From assembly GCA_017654855.1 (NCBI GenBank), contig CM030337.1, forward strand, positions 3,968,001-4,032,000: a stretch of DNA of 64,000 nucleotides, read 5' to 3'. The translations under genes and the position numbers were made by a program. The DNA is from Podospora anserina (taxonomy: Eukaryota). The notes beneath the pieces are model-generated. The model was not told where the DNA came from. It saw only the letters and a program-made list of their open reading frames with translations, and ran no database searches. The stretch's first letter is position 1. Each line of letters starts with the position of its first letter. This document shows positions 25,812 through 36,197 of the stretch, piece after piece.

Positions 25812-26451
25812 ATGGCTTCAGTTAAGGCGACATAATCTGGGGAAAGACGGCCGACAAGTCGCAATCAAGATCCCCTTATTCTCGATCATGACGGGGACGT
25901 TATGCTCACCGTTGGAAAGCCCCCAAAGGACAAGCCATTCAAAGTTGATGCATCAGCACTACGACGCGCTTCTCCGGTGTGGAAATCTATGCTGTTCGGG
26001 CCATGGGCCGAATCAAATCGAACTTCGTCTTTCTGACACAACCCCCGTGAAGAACGGTCAGCACGCGTGGCTGCTCAAAAGTAAGGCTTGTGATGACCTT
26101 CTTCTCAGAGGTATCATTCGAGGCACAGCACAAGGACTCCAAGGCACTGTACACCCCAGAGATGCCACGAGGTTCCGCATCAGTGTCGAAAGTCTGGAAA
26201 GCACTTGCTCAGCTGTCTTTGAGGGCCTAAAAGCCCGCGCTCATGTGATCAATGGCAGCTGGGATGGGTACAATTCGAGGTACGGTTCAGCCTCATCACA
26301 CGATACATGCAACCCATCCCAACGGTTTCGCGATTTCGCATCCAAGACCAGGACAAAGGCGCTGTCCAAGATTGATGAGATATTGCAATCCGATGACTAC
26401 AAGGGAAGGATGAAAAAACAGCGTGAGAAAATCGGATTGAAATCTTTATGA
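25812..26451 (+). pseudogene. BTB/POZ paralogue E with internal deletion
   Basis: Frame not shown in the ORF track reads ILDHDGDVMLTVGKPPKDKPFKVDASALRRASPVWKSMLFGPWAESNR then stop. It jumps directly to C-terminal motifs (ACDDLLLRGII...RMKKQREKIGL). Confidence 0.75.
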
Positions 26452-27058
26452 ATCCATGAAGGTACCAATTCAGCCTAGGTAGTTCTGCCATTGTTTCTTC
26501 GTGAAGGCAAGCTCAACGGGCTTGACATAATTCCATCCTTATTCAGTTAACTTTGAGTGTAGTCGACTCTGAAAGCTTTGTAGGCGGGTGGGTCTTCAAA
26601 TCTCTCAGCGAGGCATCTTAATTGTACCTTCCTTCGACCCCTCGCGTCAATCTTAACTACCTTTTGCACATCACTATGCAGTTGCCTAGGCATGAATCTA
26701 GGTTTCTCCTTCTGCACACTGACAAAGAAGCAAAAAATTGAGAGCCCGGGCTTAATTCTTTTCTCTCTACATTTTACTTCCACCTTGGCCTCGCTTACTT
26801 CTTAACCACATCTCCCCTACACTATCCTTCCAATATTCTACTAAACCCCATCTCCAGGCAGAGGTACGACCGTGAGGCACTGAGAAGCTTTGAGGGTAAG
26901 TGAATTACACCTGATCTTATATATACTTACAGGCACTGATTTATTGTGAAAAGAGCCGGTAATCAGGGCTTGGAACAGTAGTTCAATTCAATTAATAATC
27001 TTTAATGGCCTCGAAGTAAGTAATAAAGAAAGGTAAAATACTAAAAAATATAACAGGG

Positions 27059-27338
27059 TGTGATAAACCCCTATTCAGAACCTCTAAAAGGGATACTAGT
27101 TAAAGGCGCTTTTAGACAATCTAGTGTGGTGCAGCTAAATAGTGCACAACAATGGCTTATTTTAATTACAATAGTAAATATACTAACGAATGTAACTTGT
27201 ATTACATACTGCGGAACTATCTGCTTCTTTTACTTCCCTTACTCCCCTCGGCCTCCTATATAAATAGTTTTTCGCTGGTGGGCCAAATACGAAGTGTGTT
27301 GTTTCGTTAATATATATAATAAAAGGCCGATTGTTACA
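27059..27338 (-). repeat. LTR (solo or fragment), conserved half plus distinct variable half
   Basis: TG...CA ends. Shares the AACCCCT...AGAACCTCT..AAGGGATA...CATACTGCGGAACTATCT core with other LTRs. No target-site duplication seen. Confidence 0.65.
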
Positions 27339-27569
27339 GTCTAGAAGTTAACGGTCCACGGTCCTTAGGCTTATGTATATACGAAGGAATTAGCTAGTGT
27401 AAATAGATAGTTCTGCAATATGCAATATAAGTTACAATCGTAGTATTTTAGCTATTATAATTAAGATAAGCTATTTATTATATACTGTCTAGCTATACCG
27501 AACTAAAACTGTTTAAAAGTGCCTTTAACTAGTATCCCTTTTAGAGGTTCTGGATAGGGGTTCGTTACA
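27339..27569 (+). repeat. Truncated LTR, same subtype as 28445-28843
   Basis: Ends GGGGTTCGTTACA. Its 5' part matches the reverse complement of GGACCGTGGACCGTTGAC. Confidence 0.65.
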
Positions 27570-28214
27570 AAAATAAAGAAAACTAATTAATATATTTATA
27601 AGTAAAAAAATAAAAAAATAAAAAACAATTTTAAAATTAAAATCGACGGCACTTTAATATAAAAGGAAGAGTATTATATTATAATTAAATTAATAAATAA
27701 AACGATTTATATACGAAGTACAATATATATTAAAATAGTGAGAAAACACACAAAATAACTATAACACTATAAATATACCTTTAATAGGTTTCAGAATAAA
27801 TACACTTACGTAATAGTAACTCGCTCGCAGGCCGCACTTCACGTAAGACAAAGAAAAAACACTATAGGCTCGCAAGCTATATAATAAGCACCGGATTAGC
27901 CTGATTAGAGGGCCAGAATTGCCTGCACGCGTGCAAGGCACAAAATATAAAGAAAAATAAAAGTCGATGATCTGTCTAAAATAGAATGTCCGAAGCAAAC
28001 TACTTATATACATGGCCCCCCTAAACCCCTGAGTCCTCTAAGCGCCCCGCTTCCTTACTTATACTCTTAGGCCTATAGCCGTACCCTAAACTAATATAGC
28101 TAGTCGTTAGTAGAACTAATTAGGATAAAAAATAGCTTTATTTATAAGATTTTTATTAAAAGTTAATAATTTAGCGCGGGATTATTACTAAAGGATAAGA
28201 ATTTAGAAGACCCG

Positions 28215-28417
28215 TAAGTTTATATAGACGGAGAAATAGGCTATTGTAAATAAATAGTTCTATAGTATATAATATAAGTAATAATCATTAGTATTTTAAT
28301 TATTGTGATTAAGATAAGCTATTTATTATATACTGTTTAGCTATACCGAATTAGGATTGTTTAGAAATGCTTTTAACTAATATTTTTTTTAGAGGTTCTG
28401 GATAGAGGTTTGTTATA
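28215..28417 (+). repeat. Heavily RIP-mutated LTR conserved half
   Basis: TATATAGACGGAG...GAGGTTCTGGATAGAGGTTTGTTATA is a transition-mutated copy of the conserved LTR core. Start approximate. Confidence 0.6.
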
Positions 28418-28444
28418 ATAATATAGTAGATATAAGTAGGTAAC

Positions 28445-28843
28445 TGTAACGAACCCCTGTATAGAACCTCTGAAAGGGATATTGGTTGAAGGTAACTTCT
28501 GACAATTAGTTCGGTGTAGCTAAACAGTGCACAATAAGATATCTCGATATAAATATAAGATGCCGTGAATACAACTGTGAATTGCATACTGCGGAACTAT
28601 CTATCTACACTAGCCAGTTCCTCCGTATATATAGACCTTAGGACCGTGGACCGTTGACTTACAGACGGTCCTCGGTCCACTCCTGATTGGCCGATACTGG
28701 ACCGTGGACCGTGAGCCCCGCCGCGGTCCCCGGTCCCTATCTTATTGGTCCGTTCCGTCCACTCGGACCGTGAGCCCCGCTCGATCGCTCGGTCCAGTCC
28801 TGATTGGTCTCTCGTGGCCCCACTGTCTTCCAGAACCGTGACA
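28445..28843 (-). mobile_element. Solo LTR, 399 bp
   Basis: TGTAACG...GTGACA termini. Flanks GTAAC/GTATC give a 5-bp TSD with one mismatch. Confidence 0.85.
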
Positions 28844-29383
28844 GTATCTATAATTTTTAATTATTTAAAAAACTATATATAATAAGGGTTAAATATTAAA
28901 GTTTAAAATTGTAGTTTAATTTAATTAATAGTTTTTAATAGTTTTAAAGTAAATAATGGAAGTAAAGATATTAAAAATATAGAGGGTCTTCAGAATATAT
29001 ATTTATTTATTTCCGGGTGGTCCTTATTTTAATAGCTTTAAGCTATTACTAAGACCTAATATATTTAGTTAATTAATAATATTTCTATAATAGCCGTATG
29101 CTACCTTCTTAATTGCCTCACTTCCAGCCACTGGTTCTCGATGTGTAGGTGGCTATTAGGCCGTGGTGTGACCGATTGGTTCGTTGACGTGTGATAATAA
29201 CGGGCAGCGAATGGGTCAGGTAGCACCAGGTTCTCTAATACGCCCTTTGGATGACATCTTCACGCTGTAACCGGGTAGCTTCGGCAAACAATGAACGATA
29301 AAACGTTCCGCACATCGGAGCTCCTGTCAACTGCTCCTCGCCCTGACACCACCGCTACCATCCCAGCTCTGAATCCCTCCACC

Positions 29384-30196
29384 ATGCCAGTCACCAGAAC
29401 AGCCGCCACCGCTTCCAAAGCAACGCTTTTCAAATCCCTTCACCACACCCCAACCAAACCTCTGCTCCTCGCCAACGCCTACGATGCCACCTCAGCCCGC
29501 ATCATCGCCTCTCTCCCGGGATGCAGAGCCCTAGCGACAGCCTCCTACGCACTGGCACTATCCATAGGCAAAGCCGATGAAACACTCACGTTGGAAGACA
29601 ACATCTCTCTTTGCCGTCCCATCGCTGCCGTGGCTCACGAGTTCAACCTACCATTGACAGTGGATATCCAAGATGGCTATGCCGGGCCAGGAGACCACGC
29701 AGAACTTAGATCTGTCATTGAAAAGGTGATACTCGAGCTTGGAGCTGTGGGTGTGAACCTGGAGGATACCTGGCATGAAAGCACCTCTGGGGATATGGTA
29801 CCGGAGGATGAGGCAATCGAGAGGATCAAGACTGTTATTAGGACGGCAAGAGAGCTTGGGGTGGTGGACTTTGTGGTGAATGCGAGGTCGGATACATTCT
29901 TGATGGGTGGGAGCTTGGACGAGTCGATTAGATGTGGGAAGAGGTATCTTGATGAGGGAGGGGCAGAGACGGTGTTTATTTTCTGGCCGAGGAACAAGGA
30001 GATGGAGAAGGCCGATGTTCAAAAGGTGATTGACGAGCTAGGGGGGAGGGTGAATGTGAGTTGCCGACTCGGGGGCCAGTTGACCACGGGGGAGCTGGGG
30101 GAGATGGGGGCGGCGAGGGTGAGTGTCGGGCCGCAGGTGTTTTTGGCTGCGGCAGAGGCGATCAAGAAGGCGGCGGGGGCGGTGTTTGAGAGTTGA
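29384..30196 (+). CDS. Isocitrate lyase/PEP mutase-family enzyme
   Basis: LANAYDATSARI, ATASYA, PLTVDIQDGY, GVNLED, VNARSD, GAARVSVGP. Intronless, and lacks the KKCGH loop. Confidence 0.88.
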   Translation: MPVTRTAATASKATLFKSLHHTPTKPLLLANAYDATSARIIASLPGCRALATASYALALSIGKADETLTLEDNISLCRPIAAVAHEFNLPLTVDIQDGYAGPGDHAELRSVIEKVILELGAVGVNLEDTWHESTSGDMVPEDEAIERIKTVIRTARELGVVDFVVNARSDTFLMGGSLDESIRCGKRYLDEGGAETVFIFWPRNKEMEKADVQKVIDELGGRVNVSCRLGGQLTTGELGEMGAARVSVGPQVFLAAAEAIKKAAGAVFES

Positions 30197-30789
30197 ACGA
30201 GGCGCTCATCAATGTCGAAGACCGGGCTTGTTTTCAATAGGCCAATGTAAAAGCAAGATCGAAAACTGATGGCAACACGAGTCCACAGCAAAGAGGTTTG
30301 CTGGACCAGGATTACGGAGTATTCTTTGTTGGTTACGAGAGTGCGCCTCGTCTTACCAACTCCTTCCTTTTTCGAATTGATCAAGGTCATCTTATTCGCT
30401 GTTGCTCTCATACATATTCGGAAATGTCAGATCTCCCCAACTTGCCGCGGGGGCAAGGGGTCGATCTGGTTGTTGGTTCACATAAAACGGGAAGGTGCCG
30501 AGACCTTTTGCTTTGTGAAACCAGGCATCTTTCTACCCCGCCCTACACTGCTACTGTTGCACTGCACACCACTAATCGGATTGGCCTATGGGCAGCTGTT
30601 TTCCGGCGAATGGGGATTGGGGAGTGACCAGGTGCCTCCTTGAGATAAATTTTATGGAGTGTTTGTCGCACCATGACGTATCCTCCACTTGACCTCAACC
30701 CGCATTCATTCATATCATATTCCATACCGCCACCATCGTTATTTCTCACAAAAAGCATCTCTTTGTATTGAGTGCCTGCCCACTAGAAT

Positions 30790-31446
30790 ATGTATCTGCT
30801 TTTCACTACCCTAACGGTCCTTGCGGCCATGTAGGTCACTCATCTCCCTACAACGACCCTGGCCCAGAAAATTAACAAAATCACAGTGTTAGCTTCTCGA
30901 CCTCCCAAGCCCAAATCACCGCGGCTCCTTCTATCCCCACCGTCTCTGGCTGCCCTGCCGTCCTATCTGTTACTGACATCTGCTCAACATGTATGACTCT
31001 GGCTTGCATCACCACAGCAGAAGTAACAGTAGGATGCTCCGGATGCCCAGAGATCCCAGCGACGGTTTTCAGCGGGTACCCATGCGAAGGGGGGTGTGAC
31101 CAGTTGGGTGGATGCAAGACGCTGTATCAGGTGGTGACTGCCCAGGCAGATCAATGTGAGTCTGGACCACCGGTACCGCTGCCGTCGATAACGGACGGAG
31201 GGGAGAGCGCCATCACTGGTGGTGAGGACGCTACGACAGGTTCGGAGACCTTCCTGCAGTGTATCGCTATCCAGTGGATGACGGGTACTCGCTAACAATG
31301 ATGATTCAACAGGCGACGCAAGTGGCACCCCGACAGTCACCGAGACAGGTGAAGGGGTTGGGCCTACGGGGACGCCTACTACCACGGGTACAGTGACAAT
31401 CAGCACCAGTGGTGGGAGAAGGTTATCGCCCTTTAGGCTGTGGTAG
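30790..31446 (+). CDS. Small secreted Cys-rich protein with Thr/Gly-rich tail (3 exons)
   Basis: MYLLFTTLTVLAAIVSFSTSQA signal after splicing intron 30831-30886. CSTCMTLAC...CSGCP...CEGGCDQLGGC. Second intron has a CTAAC branch point. Confidence 0.7.
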
Positions 31447-32163
31447 CTATTCAGTCCTCCAAATATCACGGCCGCAACTTTTTTGGCTCTTGAAGAGACC
31501 AGATTCTCTGTCTCCCCTATTGATGCATATAAATAAATAAGGAAACTGGACTAGCAGACTGAACCTCGAACGGTATCTGACAGGCTGAAATTTCTCGGAT
31601 CCTGCGTCCACCGCCGCCTTGGCGAATGCAAAGTCCGATCCCTGCCTGTTTTGGCCGGTCCCTGCTTCATCGAATCGAGACTGCTACCTCATTAAACTGC
31701 TAATATTTCGAGCTTGAAGTTCATGTTTGCCGGATTCTTGAAAGACCTAACATTTGGAATCATGAGTCTATCTTGATGGACTGCGGGTCTACTCACACCA
31801 GGCCATGAAGCCACCGACCACAGTTCTCTGAGCCCTACGGCGCGCCCCTCAGCGGATCAAATGTTGATCATGCACTACACCCCGGGATGGCGTCCGAATA
31901 GCCCAGGCCAAGCACTGAAGCGAGGAGCACAGTAAGCCTTAGCGATGTTCGCAGCAATGACGCTATTCCGAAACAATGTGATAACCCGCTTGACCCACCA
32001 CCACCCTCCCGCGTTGTCAGCGGCATGGTTACGAGCTCTTAAAAACAAAAATATCCCCTGAGCTAGTCCTGACTCTTCTCTTTCACCGTTTACCACCAAC
32101 GACCCATAGGAACGACGACAACCACGCGGCGGAAAGCTCTTGGGTAACGGCAAGTGAAGGAAA

Positions 32164-33191
32164 ATGGCCAACTATCAACACCAATATGGCCAACCAGCGA
32201 CCGAGTACTCAGTCCTTCCTGAGGTAGCTGACAACTCAACAAGCGCTCCCGAGGTTGTGACACAGAATCACACCAGAGTAGGAGGCGGAGGAGGGACGGC
32301 GGCCCACTCTCCACCAGCGTACGAGCAAGGGTTCAAGCCGTACAGTGAAACAGCCAGAGCGGTGGCCGTTGTGCAGCCTTCGGCTCCCGAGTTCTCGGAA
32401 ACAGCATCTCCAGGTCCAAATCAAAAGGTCACGATCCTGTCGGTCCTGGTCGGCATTCTCGCGGTAGCGGTGATCGCATTGGCAGCAACAACGGGGCTGA
32501 TGGCCAAGAAAGCAAACGACAAGGACGCACAAATAGCGAGCATGACCGCTGAACTTCAGACTGTTCAGTCGTCATCCGACGGCAGCAACAGCAGCAACGA
32601 AGTGGCAGCATCAGAAAAGGAGACCGTGACAGTCACAGTGGCTGCGCCCAGTGCTACGGGAACTGGCTCGTCGGATGGCTCTTCTTCCACGTCTGCTTTC
32701 TTGATAGAGGATGTCTCCAATGGATGCAATGACCGACCAGAGTCATTTACCGGGAAGGATTACACCACCAGCTGTATGTTTTGTCACCCTTGGTCCCCCA
32801 TGGTATGGCTCGTGATGCTAACAAGTGTGCAGTGTACGGCAATGTTGTGTTCAGACGGTACTGCAACCAAAAGACCACCTCTGTCCCCATCTACGCAATG
32901 CACACCCCCGACTTTGAAACATGTCTGGAGGCGTGTGCAAGCTGGTCCCAGGCTTTGCCCTACGCCTTCTCGGATGTTTCTGACAAGAACAGGGTCAATG
33001 TAACGTGCTCTGCGGTCAACTTTGTGCCAAAATGGACGGACAAGAAGGAGTCGGCAAGGAAGCAGTCGAGGGGAAACTGTTACTTCAAGAGCGGCGAGCA
33101 GACCGAGGAGAAGAGCTTGAGATCCAGCATTGGTGATACTACGGTCAGCCACGCCGCCATTGTGATTAAGCAGGCTGCCAAGAAGGACTGA
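32164..33191 (+). CDS. Single-pass membrane protein with Ser/Thr stalk and C-terminal Cys (apple-like) domain, one intron
   Basis: PPAY motif, TM segment ILSVLVGILAVAVIALAATTGL. A GTATGT...CTAAC...CAG intron joins FRRYCN...CLEACASW...CSAVNF...NCYFK. Confidence 0.7.
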
Positions 33192-33564
33192 TATTCTTTT
33201 GTTGACTTTTTTTTTGGGCCTGGTTAACTCTTTGGGACACTCTGGGTGTATATACCTTACTTCAATGTAATTTATATTCCGTTTTCTTTTTGTTCTTTTT
33301 CCTCTTTCTTGTTTGTTTTTAAGGTTGTAATTGGTTGGCGAACAGTCGACGGACCCGACTCGGGATGGGTTCGGAGTCGGAGAAATGTCACGGGTTGGGC
33401 AGCAACTCACGGAAATGGAAAGACTGAGGGGGATTGCTGTCACCACAACCCCTGACACCTCCACCCACCCGCTGAGTCGCGCGCAGTCGGGAACTTAAAA
33501 CCCCACCACATCATCCCATTTGACCTCACTGTGATTCTCGCCTTGTCCCATCACGGTATCCAAA

Positions 33565-36073
33565 ATGTTACCCTCCAGCCTTACAAGCACGTATCAGCAG
33601 TACAAACAGGACACCGACATCGTTGCGTCATGGCTGGCCCAGACGGGAATGATGTTTGGCTGTCCGGATGAGCTCCTCAAGTCCACCACCTCGCTCAGTT
33701 CATTGTTGATCATCACAAGGACAAGGCAAAGCCATCAGTCGATGTGCCCACCACCTTCAGCAAGGCCATTGAGCGCGCCATCAATGTCCGCAAGGGGTTT
33801 GCCTCTTCTTGAAAAGTCAGGGGCTACTCTCAACATGACGGCCGATGAAAAGCACAAGTTCTTTGTCGGCGTGCTCGAGAAGGTCCGCGATACCCTTAAG
33901 CCTCTCTTCTGGCAGTCCACCTCCAAGAAGGGGCTTGACGAGACAGAGGAGGTGTCCCATCTGTTCAAGGAGCACGGCCACATGAACGGCATGCTTGAAA
34001 AGCTCGCTCTGTCCATCCATGCGCTCATGGGACAGGTCGAGCCGAAGCCCAGCGTGCAGGGCTCGTACCCGTTCGACATGGTACTGTACTCGGTGTTGGA
34101 CACGTGCATGATCAACGCCGGCATCCTGGTGGGCGGCTGGCTCGCCATGTCTGACAAGCATGGAGACACTGCTACCATGTCCTATAATTGGGTGGTACGA
34201 CAAGACTATTGCATACGAAACTCTTTCTCAGCAGAGAAGATTCGAACAGGACCGCGCTGCGTTTCTGGAGCTGTGTCCCGGAATTTGATCGTCTTGGCAA
34301 GATGGGGGACAATAACCAGCGTGACAAGGCGTTCAACACGGTGTCGCCTGTCGTGGATGAGCTCAGCCGAGGCATGTATCTAATGACTGTGGATGGATTG
34401 GGGGACGACCCCATGCCACTGTGGTTGATTCTTGCGGCGTCGCTCCATCTCGATGTTGTCAGGCTTCTTGGTGATGAGATTGATCATCCGTGGTGCGAGA
34501 TGGTAGCCTTTGACCACCTTGTGTGTCAAACCATCAAAGACCACACCGAACATCGCAAGACGCCGACTCAGCTTAAGATTGCCGGATGGGACAAGGAATG
34601 AGAGAAGGCTGCGGACAGACTTCAAAGGGTTGCTATCTTTTTGGCTGGAGGGCGACAACATCATCAATGCCGGGCTCGCCGCCGCCGGTGTCAACGTCAA
34701 GCCAACAGTCTTTCTCAAGCGTCACCCGTTGTACTGCGGCCTCTGGGTCTCCGACATGCGAAACCAGCTACACTTCCTTGGTACACGGCTCGAGCGGTCG
34801 TTTGGCAGTGTTTTGTACACCGGCCATCTATACAACGCGCTCCAAGCTGAGGGGTCTGATTCCCCAAGACAAGAAGTGGGACGGCATGGAACTGTGTTTG
34901 GACAAGTTCTTTATTGGCAAGGCCCCATCCAACATTAAAGAATACCACAAGCAGCTCTTGTCTCGTCATGGGATTCTCCGCTGGCAACTTCACCCCCAAC
35001 ACCCGCAACAAGGGCGTGTCAACAGGGTCTTCAGGGGCAGATTCCGTCCCGACTCTAGCCGGATTAACCTCAACGCAGAAGACGTCCACGCTATCCTGTA
35101 TGGAGACTAGAAGCCCACCAGCAAAAAGAGCGTGCCTGGCTCCTCAGTCCACCTCATTGACGTCTTGGCTCATGCCCTTGAAGCAGAAATCCCGCCGCAG
35201 GAGCCGGATTACTTCCTTGGCCATCGCATCTGCTGGACCTTGCTGCGTAAGCTCAAGACGGCCATCGAAGGCGACATGCTCAAGTGGCTTGGCCCCAGGT
35301 ACATCGAGAAGGTATATCAGTTGCCCTTCCTGGTTGGATACGTCTTCCGTTCCCTCATCGGCGACCAGGGCACGATCCACGGAAACATCACCACCTCCCA
35401 ACGGCTCCCCGGCACAGACCTGTTCCACAAAGCAGCCCAGGTCTACCTTGACATCTATGGAGGCGAGAACGGAGAGGTGGAGCGTGCCCAGGCCAAGAAC
35501 GGGATTGATGTGTTCCACGCAATGGCAAAGATGAGAAAGGTCATCCCCGATGATCCGCACCCTGCATCTCAGTCCCATTACAACGGCGTCGGCGCCAGCA
35601 GGGGCATCCTGAACTCTGCGAACATGGACGGCGAATGGGATAAGGACTATGATGAGGACTATGACAGCGATTACAGCGATGGCACGGCTGGTTTTACCGA
35701 GAGACTTCGCAACACTACCCGGGGTGGGGGCAGTCCGCGATTGCAAGGCCAGGAGTTGATGGATGCGTACGCCGGAATGTGGCAGGTTGCCGCGAGAGGA
35801 GCGAGGCAAGGACGAGGAATTGATGGGCTGGTGAGAGAAGTGGAGGAGCAGATGGGAAGAGTACTGGGACAATTAGGGCGAAGAGGACATGGAGGAGCCC
35901 GAGGAACCTTAGGAGGTCGAGGAGGGTCCGCAGGACCGGAAGGGCTAGGAGATCTAGGAGAGCTAACAGGACTACTCGAAGCAATGGGCGGGCTTGAAGG
36001 GCTCGAAGGACTAGGAGGAGGCAGAGGCGGGCGTCAAAACATGAACGGATGTCGTCAGCTTAGGTGCAGGTAG
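33565..36073 (+). pseudogene. DUF6604-like protein gene with multiple frameshifts and stops
   Basis: N-terminus TYQQYKQDTDIVASWLAQT. Related blocks DELSRG...PLWL...LHLDV, HPLYCGL, GHLYNALQ, DYFLGHRICWTLLR and YQLPFLVGYVF are spread over different frames. Confidence 0.7.
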
Positions 36074-36197
36074 ATTGTGAAGCGAAGATGTGGTGTTGAT
36101 CAAAGACTCATACACAGCGTGTATACATAGAAAAGAACAGATATAGTAAGGAAAGACATAATGGTAGACAGCACCTTAATACAAAACAACACTTCAG

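Larger units (their letters stand above)
26964..29100. mobile_element. AT-rich RIP-mutated transposon nest starting with a hAT-like TIR (CAGGGCTTGGAACAG...)
   Basis: Abrupt AT/TpA enrichment. The 47-bp terminus matches the reverse complement of 45879-45925. Contains several LTR fragments. Right boundary approximate. Confidence 0.7.
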
